NCBI GenBank assembly: GCA_965368975.1
Contig: CBDUPA010000012.1
Coordinates: 128,001 to 192,000 of the forward strand
Length of the DNA stretch: 64,000 bases
Origin: an uncultured bacterium
GTDB lineage: Bacteria; Acidobacteriota; Thermoanaerobaculia; Multivoradales; JAHZIX01
Reading direction: 5' to 3'
Below are positions 18,001-28,631 of the stretch, one piece after another (the first letter of the stretch is position 1; each line of letters opens with the position of its first letter). Under the pieces are notes generated by a model that was not told the origin of the DNA, made no database searches, and saw only the letters and a program-made list of their open reading frames with translations. A program made the position numbers and the translations under genes.

Positions 18001-21000
18001 GCGCGGTCCTTCCCGTCAGCGAGCGGACGGCCTTGTTCGGCGAATCTTTTGGTGAAATGTTCCCAGGCGACCGCGTAGTCCTTCTCGCGGTCGCAGCGCA
18101 CCCACGGCGCCTGGTACACGATCGTCTTCTCGCGCGGGCCGCCGGGCAGAGTGTCGTCCATCACGACCTGGGTCACGGTCTCGTTGCCGGTGTAGCCGGC
18201 TTCTTCGGACATGTGTTGGACGTCGTTCCAGCAGGGGTTCGGATCTTTCTTGCTGGTGGTGCGGTTCAGGCCGACACCCACCAGGCCGCGCGAGTTGGTG
18301 AAGACGATGCGGCCGTTGCGGTCGTACCAGGTGTCGGCTTCGTAGGAGCGCAGGACGGGGAATTGGACGCGGTAGATGGTCTGGAGTTGTTCGAGGGTGA
18401 GGCCGAGGGCCATGGAGATCAGGACGTCGATTTCTACCAGCACGGCGCGGCGGGCGGCGTCGGGGCGGATGGCGGAGTCGCGGGTCCAAGACTGGTCGCT
18501 CGATGCGAAGGGCTGTTCCAGGAATTGAGAGAGGAAAGGTGTCGCTTCTGTACTCCACTCCCGCCTGGATCGGCGATTCCAGAGATCTGCGAAGTGGGTG
18601 GTGAGGCAAACGAGGCTACAGACTCGGGCGACGAGAGCTTCCTGGATCTTGGACTCGGGGATGATCGGTAGGCGCCGCGCCAGGTTTGGTCGGAAGTCTC
18701 CAGAGCCGCTCGATTTGATCAGGAAGTCAATCGGTAAAGACATCCACGTCCCAGCTACAGCTACAGCCTGAGTCTCATTCGAAAAACAATAACTGTAGAC
18801 ACCGTCGATGTGCGCTGTGCCTGGTGGTGAGATGGCCGGTTGCAGTGTGCGCTCACTTGTCGGGCCCAGACCTCTGTTCACCACGAGTCGAAAGTAGTCC
18901 AGTACCGCGTTCGGGGCATCATCCGAGGCCCAAGGGACTTTGGGCGATCGCGTCCGATAGTCTGAGGGCTCGGCATTGGGCAGATAGATCGAGCGCGGCA
19001 GATAGTCTTCTGGTAGCTCCGTCAGGTCCAGTACGTCATAGCAGCTGTTGTTCGTGACCTCTGCGCGCGGAGTCTTGTAGAACGGATTACCGACGTGGAA
19101 GTGCGGTCCGGAAATAATCCATTCGTGTACATCTTGCGGGAACCTCACCTCCTTTCGGATGGTTCCATCCCGCTGAGACCGGGACTCGTGCCACATTTCT
19201 GCCGACTTGTAGCAGTCTGCCGGCAGATCGCCCAGTTTCAATGGACTGACAGCGAACGCTTCGAGCGCCTGAAGCAAGGTCGCAGAATGGAGCGCCGGAA
19301 GCTTGGCCTCCGTTGCCGGAGTGTCCGGTTCGTCATAGAGACGAGCAAAGAGTTCCAGCTCCGTCTCCGTGATGCGCAGAATCCGATCACGATGACCGCG
19401 CGTCTCCCAGCTGTTCTCGTCGTCCTTGATCCCGGGCACCGGGCCGTAGCCATCGTGGGCATGACACTCGTCGATGGTTGCGGGGACGAAGAGATTTGCC
19501 AGGTGCGTGAAGTCCGGAGTGCTTCTTTGGGCTCCATAGACGTTGAATGCATAGGCGGTCGAATGGTGCACCTCCGGGAACAAATCACGCTCATTGATGA
19601 ACCCATAGTGCCTGCGCAGCCGCGGATACACAGCCCGCCGAGCACCGCCTCCCTTCGGATCCTCGTAGAGCCCATCCGGATGAATCAGCGCCTGCACACC
19701 GTTGCCGGACGCCACCGTCCAGACCACAGGCAAAAAAGCCTTATAAAGATTCACCTTCACCCCAACCAACTGCGGATAGTTCCCGCCAGCGGAAAGAAAC
19801 GCCTGCGTCCCCGCCGCATCCTCGTGCGCCGCCAGGAAGCGCTCGCGTTGCCCCTCCCGCACCAGCGCCGCCTCGCGCCGTTCCGCCGTCTGCTTGGCCG
19901 ACAGCTTGCCGATGACGAAACTCGGGTCGTCGTCACCCAGCACATCCGCTTCCTTCCACTGCACGGGAACCCAGGGCGGATTCCCCAAAATCAAATCAAA
20001 CCCACCCCGCTCCAAGAACACATCCGCAAATTCCAACTCCCAATGATGAAAGCGATACCGCCGCGCCAACTCATCCGCCAACCGCAGCCGCGGCCACTTC
20101 TCGATCAGCTTCTCGACATCCGCGTAGCCATACTCCTCCACCATCTCCCGCGCCGCCTCCGCCGGCATCGTGGACGGAAACAGCTCGCGTTGCCCCGACG
20201 CCCCCTCCCCACCCAGCGACGGCAGCACGTCGCGGTCCAGCAGCAAAGCCAGGTCGGTCAGCCACTCGTCGCGATCCGGTAGCAACTCCGCGTGCTCGAT
20301 CGGCCAGAACCACAGCGCGCACCAATAATCCATCGCCAGCTTCAAGCGCCGATACGGACTCGACGCGCGCACCTGCCGGCTCGCCATCTCCTGGCGCCAG
20401 ATCTCGTCCTTCTCGCGCGTCGACGTCGGTCGCTTGCCCGCCAAGGGGTGCTCGTGGCCATAGACGCGCTGCGGGTCCGTCGTGCGCTCGCGGATCTGCG
20501 CCAGCAGTTCGGCATGCTTGCTCCACAGGCGGTCGGCGGCGGTGGACAGGCGGGCCAGGGCGTCGCGGTCGGCGTTCGAGAGGGGTTTGCACACCTCGTC
20601 GCGCCAGGTCTTGATCGTTTGCAACTCCTGCGCGCACATCTCGCGGATCGGCTTGCCCTCCGTGCCCTGGCCGTACACCGCCATGCCGCGATCCGGCAGC
20701 AGGAAGTGCAGCACCGAGCCGTCCGGGGGGCTCTGGCCCAAGGGGATACGTTCCGGGACCGCGTCGAGCCAGGGACTGGAGGTGCCGCGACGGCCGGCGT
20801 CGAGCTGCGACGGCGGGAAGACCTTGCGCCAGGCGCCCACCAGGCTGTTGCCCACGCACAGCTGACCGCCGAACCAGGGCACGAAAACCTGGCGCGAGCG
20901 GCCGGTATCGCGGGTGTAGATGGCGTTCAACCACAGGCTGACCTCCGCCAGCTCGGCCGCCACCGGGTTGAGGTCGACGCCGAAGACGTTGTTGTCCGCG

Positions 21001-23012
21001 ATGTACATCCGCACCTGCTGCAGTTCCTGGGCGTAGCGATCATGCGGGATGCGCTCGCCCAGCTCTTGCTGGCGGCGGCTCAGGTAGCGCTCGGCGAGCT
21101 GGTTGATCGCCTCGTTCAAGAACGCCGCGCTGCCCATGGCCGGCTCGCAGATGGTGAGGTGCAGCAGGTCTTCGGCCTGCGCGTGCTTGGGCGAGCCGTC
21201 CTCGTCTTCGAGCAGCTCCTGCAAGGCGTACTTGACCAGGCAGCGGGTGAGGATCTCGGGCGTGTAGTACGACGCCGACTTCTGGCGGTCGCGGCCGGCC
21301 ATGCGGTAGATGAAGGTGCCGGGCTCGTAGCGGCGCAGCACGCCTCTTGCCAGCTGGGGATCCTCGTCGGATACGTCCTCCGGGGTGGACACAGGCACCC
21401 TGTCGAACACGCGTTCTTTGTCGGAATACTGCCCCAGCTCCGCCTCGGTGACGAAGAAGGCCGCGTGCCGCACCGCGTCCGGATGTTCGAGCTTGGCTTC
21501 CTTGACCTCGAACAGCGTTTCCTCGGCGAAGAAGCCGCGGAACGAGAGCAGGGCTTCATAGACCGCGCCCAACTGGTTGATGCCCAGGGTCGCGTAGCTG
21601 ATGCGACCGCGTCGACGGGCCTTGCCCCTGCCGGTGGTCTTGCTCGGGGCCTTGGACAGGCTCATCGAGCGGATCACCCGCAGCAGCACCTCGTTGCGCA
21701 GCTGCACGCGGTTCAGGAACGGCGTTCGTTGCGGGTCGAAGAGGTGACTCTTCAGGGGTTCGAGGCGAAAGCCGGCGGTGATCGAGGTGTCGTCCGCTTC
21801 TGTGCTGTCGGGGGAGCGCAGGTCCAGGCTCGACTGGGCGGCCGCCTCCGGAGTGCCGTGGTAGATCAGCTCGAAGAGACGCTTCAACCACAGGTGCAAG
21901 GTGTAGCCCTGGCGCGCTTCCTCGGTTTCGAGTTCCAGCAGTTCCAGGTCGCGCAGGCGTTCGAAGCTGTAGCCGAGGCGGTAGGCATCCGAGCCCATCG
22001 GGGCGTAGCCGAGTTCGGGACGCGCCTCGATGTAGAGCACGAAGAGCAAGCGGTACATGTAGCGGATGCACTCGATGGCCAGGTCCGGACCGTCGATCTC
22101 TTCGCCGAAGACTTTCTTCTTGCTCACCTCGCGGCGATAGCGGATCGCTTCGTTGCCGATTGCCTCGATCGACGCCTGCAGCGCGTACTTGAGGTCTTCG
22201 CTGACCTCGTAGGCGTGCTTGTGCGAGCTGTCGTCGAAGGTGTCGACCAGGCTACTGCCGGACGCCGGCGCCAGGGCCTCGCGGTGCAGCAGAGCGGTCA
22301 CGGCTTCGAGCGTCGCCGGGTCGCGGCGGCCCAGGATCTCCGGCCAATCGAAGCGCAGCAGCCGCTGCTCGGGCCACTTGCCACGGTCGAGCAGCAGCCA
22401 CTCGCGGTCGCCCAGCAGGAGCACGAAGCGCGGCGGTTCGGGCAGCTGGAATATCTCGCCGACCAGATCTTCGTAGCTGTGGCGGGTCAGGGCGCGCAGG
22501 CTGGTATCGTCGATGCCGGGTTCGTCGGAGCCCTGTCTCACCGAGACCCCAGCTTCGATCAGGGCGCGCAGGGGCGAGGCCGCCAGCACACCGCCTTCGA
22601 CCGCCTCGTCGTCGCGCGGCAGGGGTGCCGGCAGCAGCCAGAGCAGGGGCTCGCCGTTGGCGCGTTCGAGCACGTCGAGTACCGGTAACACGGTGCGGTC
22701 GAGCTGGCGCAGGCCAGCGCGCGGCGTGTAACCCAGAGCGTCGAGTAACTGCGACGTCATACGTCGGTGCAGCTGTACCCGCTCCTCGGGTGCGCGCGTG
22801 CGCTGCAAGATCTCGAGATGACGGAAGTAGTCGCGTTGCAAGGTGGCGAGGCGGCGCCAGGGCGTCGAGGCGTCTTCGGGGGAGGTGCTGGCGTCCGAAG
22901 CCCTGGTGTCCGAAGCACGGAAGCGCTGCAGGTGCCCACGCACCTCGCCTTCCAGAATGGCGGCCAGATAGTGGTGCGTGTAGAACTCGTTGACGTTCTC
23001 GATGCCGATCAT
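17997..23012 (-). CDS. Large N6-adenine DNA methyltransferase (Eco57I/DrmMI-like) with C-terminal target recognition domain
   Basis: LGAVYEALL, SASYYTP, SAM-binding EPAMGSAAFL, catalytic GNPPW. A lower-GC segment at about 18500-19750 fits a TRD. ATGA overlap with the SNF2 gene. Confidence 0.9.
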   Translation of the reverse strand: MIGIENVNEFYTHHYLAAILEGEVRGHLQRFRASDTRASDASTSPEDASTPWRRLATLQRDYFRHLEILQRTRAPEERVQLHRRMTSQLLDALGYTPRAGLRQLDRTVLPVLDVLERANGEPLLWLLPAPLPRDDEAVEGGVLAASPLRALIEAGVSVRQGSDEPGIDDTSLRALTRHSYEDLVGEIFQLPEPPRFVLLLGDREWLLLDRGKWPEQRLLRFDWPEILGRRDPATLEAVTALLHREALAPASGSSLVDTFDDSSHKHAYEVSEDLKYALQASIEAIGNEAIRYRREVSKKKVFGEEIDGPDLAIECIRYMYRLLFVLYIEARPELGYAPMGSDAYRLGYSFERLRDLELLELETEEARQGYTLHLWLKRLFELIYHGTPEAAAQSSLDLRSPDSTEADDTSITAGFRLEPLKSHLFDPQRTPFLNRVQLRNEVLLRVIRSMSLSKAPSKTTGRGKARRRGRISYATLGINQLGAVYEALLSFRGFFAEETLFEVKEAKLEHPDAVRHAAFFVTEAELGQYSDKERVFDRVPVSTPEDVSDEDPQLARGVLRRYEPGTFIYRMAGRDRQKSASYYTPEILTRCLVKYALQELLEDEDGSPKHAQAEDLLHLTICEPAMGSAAFLNEAINQLAERYLSRRQQELGERIPHDRYAQELQQVRMYIADNNVFGVDLNPVAAELAEVSLWLNAIYTRDTGRSRQVFVPWFGGQLCVGNSLVGAWRKVFPPSQLDAGRRGTSSPWLDAVPERIPLGQSPPDGSVLHFLLPDRGMAVYGQGTEGKPIREMCAQELQTIKTWRDEVCKPLSNADRDALARLSTAADRLWSKHAELLAQIRERTTDPQRVYGHEHPLAGKRPTSTREKDEIWRQEMASRQVRASSPYRRLKLAMDYWCALWFWPIEHAELLPDRDEWLTDLALLLDRDVLPSLGGEGASGQRELFPSTMPAEAAREMVEEYGYADVEKLIEKWPRLRLADELARRYRFHHWELEFADVFLERGGFDLILGNPPWVPVQWKEADVLGDDDPSFVIGKLSAKQTAERREAALVREGQRERFLAAHEDAAGTQAFLSAGGNYPQLVGVKVNLYKAFLPVVWTVASGNGVQALIHPDGLYEDPKGGGARRAVYPRLRRHYGFINERDLFPEVHHSTAYAFNVYGAQRSTPDFTHLANLFVPATIDECHAHDGYGPVPGIKDDENSWETRGHRDRILRITETELELFARLYDEPDTPATEAKLPALHSATLLQALEAFAVSPLKLGDLPADCYKSAEMWHESRSQRDGTIRKEVRFPQDVHEWIISGPHFHVGNPFYKTPRAEVTNNSCYDVLDLTELPEDYLPRSIYLPNAEPSDYRTRSPKVPWASDDAPNAVLDYFRLVVNRGLGPTSERTLQPAISPPGTAHIDGVYSYCFSNETQAVAVAGTWMSLPIDFLIKSSGSGDFRPNLARRLPIIPESKIQEALVARVCSLVCLTTHFADLWNRRSRREWSTEATPFLSQFLEQPFASSDQSWTRDSAIRPDAARRAVLVEIDVLISMALGLTLEQLQTIYRVQFPVLRSYEADTWYDRNGRIVFTNSRGLVGVGLNRTTSKKDPNPCWNDVQHMSEEAGYTGNETVTQVVMDDTLPGGPREKTIVYQAPWVRCDREKDYAVAWEHFTKRFAEQGRPLADGKDRA

Positions 23013-25933
23013 GCATCCATCCCGGTAAAGGCCGCGATCACTTGCAGGAAAGGAGTATCCGCCGTCGTCATGGTTTCTTGGATCCAGGTCTCGTAGCGCT
23101 CGAAGAGGGTTCGTACCCGCCGTTCCCGCTTCGCTCGGCGCTGGGTGGCGAGCGGGTCCCGGCGCTGCGCGAAGAGCTGGTCGATCAAGTCGAGTTGCCG
23201 CCCTTCGAGTCGCTGCAGGCGTTCGAGTTCTTCATTGAGCTGGGGTAGGACGTCGGCGCGGAAGCGGTCGCGGTCGGCGATCACGTGGCGCTCCACCGCT
23301 TCGAGGGCGTCGGGCAGCAGCTGTTGCAGCGCCTCGGCGTCGCTGTCGTCATCAGGAACATAGTTGGGCAGGGGCTGGCGCCCCAGGTCGGTGGCGTCGA
23401 GGAAGGCTGCGAAGCGTTCGACGCCCTCGGGACGCCCGGTGCGGAAGCGGGCGACGTACCAGCGGTGCACCAGCGGCTGACCTCGGCGGTTGGGTAACAG
23501 GCCCGAGACGACGATGGCGGCGCGCTTGGCATCGCCCAGGGTCGGCAGGGTCAGCACCGGCGCCTGGTGGCGGCCGAAGGCGGCGCGGGCGCGATCCTGC
23601 AGCCAGCTCAGCACCGGGCTGTTGGCCCACAGGTAGTGGTGTTCCGGCCAGGCGTTCTCTTCGCGTCGCGCCTCGGTCAGCGCTCGCTGCATGCGCTGCG
23701 GGTCGGCGGTGAGCAGTAGCACGCCGTCGGCGGGGCGCACTTCGGTGGGCAGGCGACGGAAGCGGCGGTGCAGGTCTTCGGGCGCCGTCAACTCGATCAA
23801 GCGGCGCTGCGGATCGACCCTGGCTTTCAGGGGTTCACCGGCTTCGCGCAGACCCTCGATGCCGGTGGCGAAGAAGTCGAAGTCGGAGGCGAAGAGCGAC
23901 GGTGGGGCACAGGTCGGCGGTATCTCGCCTTTCTTGCTGGCGGCCGCGTCGAGCAGCAGGGCGAAGGGATCCTGCAGGCCGGCGTCGAGCTCGGCTTCGA
24001 AGGCTTCGGGCGACTTGTCCTCGATTGCCGCGGCGGTCAGCGCTTCCTCGTCTCGCGCGTCGTAGACCCCCATGAACACCGACGGATCGCCCAGGTTCTC
24101 GCGCGCCTGCTCGGCCTTGCGCTTCAGCACGTCGAGAATGCGGTTGTCGCCCTGGATCTGCGCGTTGCCGGAGTCGGTACGCAGGTAGACGATCTGCGGG
24201 CTGCTCGTCTGGCCGTAGCGGTCGACGCGGCCGTTGCGCTGCTGGAAGACCATCAGCGACCATGGCATGTCGAAGTGCACCAGGCGGTGGCACAGGTAGT
24301 GCAAGTTGAGACCCTCGGAGGCGACGTCGGAAGCCAGCAGCAGGCGCAGCGGCGAGGCTTCCTTGCCGAAGTCCTCGACGATGCGTTGCTGGTCGACGTC
24401 CGAGAGCTGACCGTGCAGCACCGCCCAGTGTCCCTCGCGCAGGCCGAGATCGGCGCTCAGCCGCTGCTCGAGCAAGCGCAGCGTCTCGTGGCGCTCGGTG
24501 AAGATCACCAAGCGGTCGTCTTTGGCGTTGCGTGCCTTCCAGCCCAGGCGGTCGAGCGTCGCGAGGAGTTGCTGGTACTTGCTGAAGCGTTCCGGCGTGA
24601 TCGCCTCCAGCGCCCGCGCCAGCTCGGCCAGCGCCTGGAACTCGACACGCAGCTTTGCGTCCTCGATCCGATCAGCGGCTTGCTCCAGGGCCTCGCGCGG
24701 ACTCAGCTTGCGACCGCGCAACAGTTCGCGGTCGGCTGCCGGCAGGGCGTCCTGGACGGCCTTGCGACGCAGCGGCGAGCGCAGCTGTTCGAGGCAGGCC
24801 CACGGACTCGAGAACAGCGCCTTGACCAGCCCGGTGCGGAACAGCAGGCCACCGCGACCGCCAGCGTCGAGTTCCGGCAGTTCGAGGTCGGTGAGCAGGT
24901 CGAAAGCACGTTCCTCGGCCGCCGACGCCGTGGCGCGTGCCTCCAGGATGGTCGGTTCGGGTACCCGCTCTATCAGCTGGTCGGCGACATTCCCCTTGAA
25001 GCGACGCACATACAGCCCCTGGATGTCGTCCTCGGTGTAGTTCGACGGATCGGCGATCGCCGTCGGGTCGAGCATGTGCATCAGGCTGGCGAAGCTCTCG
25101 GCCTTGCCGTCGTGTGGCGTCGCCGACAGCAGCACCAGGCTGTCGCAGTTGCGCGCCACGACGCCCGCGATCGACGCCCTCTGCGAGTCCCGGCCGCCGC
25201 GCGTCGCCACATTGTGCGCCTCGTCGATCACCACCACGTCCCAGTGCGCCTGCTCGACGTGGGTACGGAACCAGTTGTTCTGCTTCAGCGTGTCGATCGA
25301 GATGATGGTGCGGTCGAAGTAGTAGAAGGGGTTGTGGTGGCTCGGGACCTCGGCGCGGATGCGCGCCAGGCCCACCGAGTCCAGGCGCACCAGCGGAATG
25401 GTGAAGCGTGCCCACATCTCTTTCTGGAACTGCGTCAACATCGACTTGGTTGTCGCCACCAGGATGCGCCGCGCGCGTCCACGCCGGATCAGCTCGGAGA
25501 GCAGAATGCCGGCTTCCAGCGTCTTGCCCAAACCCACCGCGTCGGCGATCAAGATGCGCTGGCGTGGCCGCTGCAACGCCATCCAGGTCGGCTCGAGCTG
25601 GAAGTCGAGTGCGTCCATGGCGGCTCGATGGCCGACGTACAGTCCGTCGAAGGGCGGTGGTACGTCGCGCAGCAGGCTCTCGACGTAGAGCAAGCCGGCC
25701 CGGTGCTGGCTGGACGTGTCGCGCACCAGTTTGGTGTTTCGCGGATCGAGCACCCGCACCTCTGGCTCCAGCTCCTGTAGGAACACCGCCTCCAGGTCCC
25801 GCACGATCTCCGACACGCCGACGCAACGCCAGACGTGCCGATCCTGCGACGCGACGTCCACCCGCTGGACTCGCCAGACGGCGTCGCGTAGCTCGATGAG
25901 GGCGCCCGGGGCGATGGAATCAGCTTGCGGCAT
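23009..25933 (-). CDS. SNF2-family helicase (DrmD-like), first gene of the defence operon
   Basis: ADAVGLGKT, DEAHN, LSATPHDG, SEGLNL, QRNGRVDRYGQ. Confidence 0.9.
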   Translation of the reverse strand: MPQADSIAPGALIELRDAVWRVQRVDVASQDRHVWRCVGVSEIVRDLEAVFLQELEPEVRVLDPRNTKLVRDTSSQHRAGLLYVESLLRDVPPPFDGLYVGHRAAMDALDFQLEPTWMALQRPRQRILIADAVGLGKTLEAGILLSELIRRGRARRILVATTKSMLTQFQKEMWARFTIPLVRLDSVGLARIRAEVPSHHNPFYYFDRTIISIDTLKQNNWFRTHVEQAHWDVVVIDEAHNVATRGGRDSQRASIAGVVARNCDSLVLLSATPHDGKAESFASLMHMLDPTAIADPSNYTEDDIQGLYVRRFKGNVADQLIERVPEPTILEARATASAAEERAFDLLTDLELPELDAGGRGGLLFRTGLVKALFSSPWACLEQLRSPLRRKAVQDALPAADRELLRGRKLSPREALEQAADRIEDAKLRVEFQALAELARALEAITPERFSKYQQLLATLDRLGWKARNAKDDRLVIFTERHETLRLLEQRLSADLGLREGHWAVLHGQLSDVDQQRIVEDFGKEASPLRLLLASDVASEGLNLHYLCHRLVHFDMPWSLMVFQQRNGRVDRYGQTSSPQIVYLRTDSGNAQIQGDNRILDVLKRKAEQARENLGDPSVFMGVYDARDEEALTAAAIEDKSPEAFEAELDAGLQDPFALLLDAAASKKGEIPPTCAPPSLFASDFDFFATGIEGLREAGEPLKARVDPQRRLIELTAPEDLHRRFRRLPTEVRPADGVLLLTADPQRMQRALTEARREENAWPEHHYLWANSPVLSWLQDRARAAFGRHQAPVLTLPTLGDAKRAAIVVSGLLPNRRGQPLVHRWYVARFRTGRPEGVERFAAFLDATDLGRQPLPNYVPDDDSDAEALQQLLPDALEAVERHVIADRDRFRADVLPQLNEELERLQRLEGRQLDLIDQLFAQRRDPLATQRRAKRERRVRTLFERYETWIQETMTTADTPFLQVIAAFTGMDA

Positions 25934-26203
25934 GAGATCAAGAACTTTGCAGCTTCGAGTTTAGCCCAAGGTTGGATGGGGCGGGTAGCAACCCTCCGGT
26001 TATGGAGCGTGGCTTCCCGTCGTGCCAACAACATTTCCGGGCGACCCGAGTCCGTAGTTGCGACAGCTGAAGTGTGCTGTCTTCAGCTGGTGTGAATTAG
26101 GACTCAGCGGAGGAGGGAAGTCTATGAAGACCGGACTTGGACTTGATGTGATCCTGCAGTGTGATGCGATAGCTATCTGCGTCCTGCTCCAAGGCCTGTA
26201 CCT

Positions 26204-27403
26204 ATGAGCCAGTCCGAGGAAACGGCTCTCCGGCCTTCGGAAGTCGATGTAGACCTTCTGTTTGCAGAGGCGATCCATCACCGCATATTCGGTCGCGAGG
26301 CAGAGGCGCTTTCCTGTCTTCGACAACTTCTGGATCTCGAGTCGACACACTTGCGCGCTCTCAATGAGCTTGGCTTGGTGCAGCTTGCCAAGGGTGAACT
26401 CGAGGTAGCCGCGGAGTGTTTCGAGAGGATTCTCATCGCGGATCCGAAGGATCCCTATGCGCTCAACTACTTGAGCATGATCTACCTGGAGCAAGGAGAA
26501 CTCGAGGCAGCTCACGAAGGGTTGTTGCGGGGCCTCAAGGTCAATCCACACAACCCCCACCTCCTTACACAGCGAGCCCTTGTTGCCCACAGGATGGGTA
26601 CAACCGACGAGGCTGCAGAGTCGCTCAGGAGAGCTCGCAGGCATCGCAACCTGGGCAATCAGATCGCGCAGCAGGCTCAGACTCTGACTCGCTACATGGC
26701 TCCGGGCATCGTCATCGCCGGACTCTCGCATGAGATCAAGAACGTTCTGGAGAGTACGAACATAGCTCTCGAACTGCTGCGGGATGATCTATCCGACTTG
26801 CTCGCCGACCCGTCAGCCAGAGAGAAGACAGAGCCCCGCCTCGATCGACTCGAAGCCAATATGGAGCGCATCTTCAAGCTGGTGAGGCATTTCCGAGAGG
26901 CGATCGGTGAGGGTCGCTCAGAGCTGCGTGTTCTCCAGGTTTCGGAGCTGGTCAACTTCGCCTTCGAGCTCCTGGGTACCAAGTTCGAGAACTCGGGCAT
27001 CCGGTGGGCAGTTGTCGAAGATCTGCCGGGCGACATGGCTCCGATTCTTGCCAACCGGCTCGAGCTGGAGCAGGTCTTCATCAATCTGATCTCCAACGCC
27101 TACGACGCCCTCCTGGAAGCGGAGACGGAAGAACCGAGCATTCGAGTCGAGATCTCTTCCGAGTCCGATGGCCGCGGGATCTTCGTACGAGTCGCGGACA
27201 ACGGTCCCGGGATTCGTGAGGACATCGCAACCAGGTTGTTCGAGCTGGCTGCGACGAGCAAGCCGTCGGGTACTGGTGTCGGTCTGTGGTTCTGCTCGTT
27301 TGCGGTGGAGCGCGCTGACGGACGGATCGAGTTGGAGTCGACGGGGCCGAAGGGCACCGTCTTCAGAATGTACTTCCCAACCGCAGGAGACCAGGATGAC
27401 TGA
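26204..27403 (+). CDS. Cytoplasmic TPR-sensor histidine kinase
   Basis: N-terminal TPRs; H-box LSHEIKN, N-box NLISNAYDA, G1 DNGPGI, G2 GTGVGL; no TM helix. Confidence 0.9.
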   Translation: MSQSEETALRPSEVDVDLLFAEAIHHRIFGREAEALSCLRQLLDLESTHLRALNELGLVQLAKGELEVAAECFERILIADPKDPYALNYLSMIYLEQGELEAAHEGLLRGLKVNPHNPHLLTQRALVAHRMGTTDEAAESLRRARRHRNLGNQIAQQAQTLTRYMAPGIVIAGLSHEIKNVLESTNIALELLRDDLSDLLADPSAREKTEPRLDRLEANMERIFKLVRHFREAIGEGRSELRVLQVSELVNFAFELLGTKFENSGIRWAVVEDLPGDMAPILANRLELEQVFINLISNAYDALLEAETEEPSIRVEISSESDGRGIFVRVADNGPGIREDIATRLFELAATSKPSGTGVGLWFCSFAVERADGRIELESTGPKGTVFRMYFPTAGDQDD

Positions 27404-28631
27404 CCGCAGAGTCTTGATCGTTGAAGACGACCCCGATATTCGTCAGGGGCGAGCAGAGCTTCTCACCCGTAGCGGCTACGAGGTCTCCGCCGCCGGTGGC
27501 GTCGATGAGGCTCTCGCCTTGTTTCGGCAAGCTCCAGTTCCGGTCGTCGTGACGGACCTTCGGATGGACGGGGAGGAGGATGGCCTCGAGGTGGCACGTG
27601 AGATTCGGGCCATCAATCCGGATACCAAAGTCATTATCGTGACGGCTACCGAGCATAACAAGGCGGCCGTGGACGGCTACCGGGTCAACGTCTTCGCCTA
27701 CGTCGAGAAGGGCATGCGCAAGGGGCAGGACTCTCTCCAGCAGGCCATTGATAGGGCCTTCGAAGAGTCTCAGGAGCACAAGGTTCGACGGTACATGCTG
27801 TCCTTCCTGACCCACACGATGAGAAATACCTTCGCGGGTGCGGGACCGGCCCTCGAGGACGTGCTGGAAAGAAGCTCTGTGCTGGCGCAGAGATTGGACA
27901 GTGATCGGCAGGTCTACCAGATGATCTCGGATCTTGCGTTCTTGAAGACAGCCCTGTCCACCGTGGACGCGATGCTCGACGCCTACAAGCTCTTGGTGCG
28001 GGAGCCGGAGAATCTGCGCAGCGCCTGGCAGGCCGATGACGGAACAGACGCGTCGCTGCACGACGTCTTGGATGCCGCACTGGCGGCCAGCTTGAGTCGG
28101 GTCTTCTGCCAGGAAGCGCAGATCTCGACCCTCAAGCGGATCGCCGCAGCCCAGGGAGTGAAGGAACCACGAGTTCTCAAACAGCGTTTCTTCGCGGACC
28201 TTCTCCTGGCTCCAGCTGAGAAGCAAGCTTCGGCAACGAACTGGATCGCGGCCCACATTCCGCAGTTCGTCACCGTACAAGGGCGCCAGCCGAAGGTTGG
28301 GCTCGGTCGCAGTGGCCTGCGCTTCAGCCTGCTCTTCGCCATCGTTTCCGAACTCTGCTTCAACGCATTCAAGTACTCCGACGGGCGCCAGCCGATCCAG
28401 TTCCGTTGGAAGACGAACAAGGGTGCCTACGAGCTGACACTCATCAACACCTTCGACCGCTCCAGGTCGACTCAGATTGGCTCCAAGGAGGGCAGGAATT
28501 TCATCCGAGCCCTGCTGAACTCCTTGGATGGTATCGCCGTGAACTACGACGGAGAGGAGGAGCAGCAAGGCCGTTTCGAAGCGAAGCTGACGGTAGACAA
28601 GACATTCCTGAAGGGAGAGACAGAACCATGA
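27396..28631 (+). CDS. Hybrid receiver + histidine-kinase-like (HisKA/HATPase) protein
   Basis: Start at ATG 27396. REC motifs VLIVEDD, VVTDLRM, IIVTA, YVEK; then FLTHTMRN (H-box), ELCFNAFKYS (N-box) and GSKEGRNFI (degenerate G-box). Confidence 0.8.
   Translation: MTDRRVLIVEDDPDIRQGRAELLTRSGYEVSAAGGVDEALALFRQAPVPVVVTDLRMDGEEDGLEVAREIRAINPDTKVIIVTATEHNKAAVDGYRVNVFAYVEKGMRKGQDSLQQAIDRAFEESQEHKVRRYMLSFLTHTMRNTFAGAGPALEDVLERSSVLAQRLDSDRQVYQMISDLAFLKTALSTVDAMLDAYKLLVREPENLRSAWQADDGTDASLHDVLDAALAASLSRVFCQEAQISTLKRIAAAQGVKEPRVLKQRFFADLLLAPAEKQASATNWIAAHIPQFVTVQGRQPKVGLGRSGLRFSLLFAIVSELCFNAFKYSDGRQPIQFRWKTNKGAYELTLINTFDRSRSTQIGSKEGRNFIRALLNSLDGIAVNYDGEEEQQGRFEAKLTVDKTFLKGETEP

Noticed and set aside
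15832-25780. Long + strand ORFs (748, 798 and 670 aa) opposite the defence operon
   Set aside because: They are antisense shadows of GC3-rich genes and carry no motifs.
9341-25933. Calling the operon canonical DISARM or BREX
   Set aside because: There is no separate DrmB, DrmC (PLD), PglZ or BrxC.
26000-26731. 243-aa minus-strand ORF as a regulator of the defence operon
   Set aside because: It is antisense to the TPR-kinase and shows no HTH or WYL signature.
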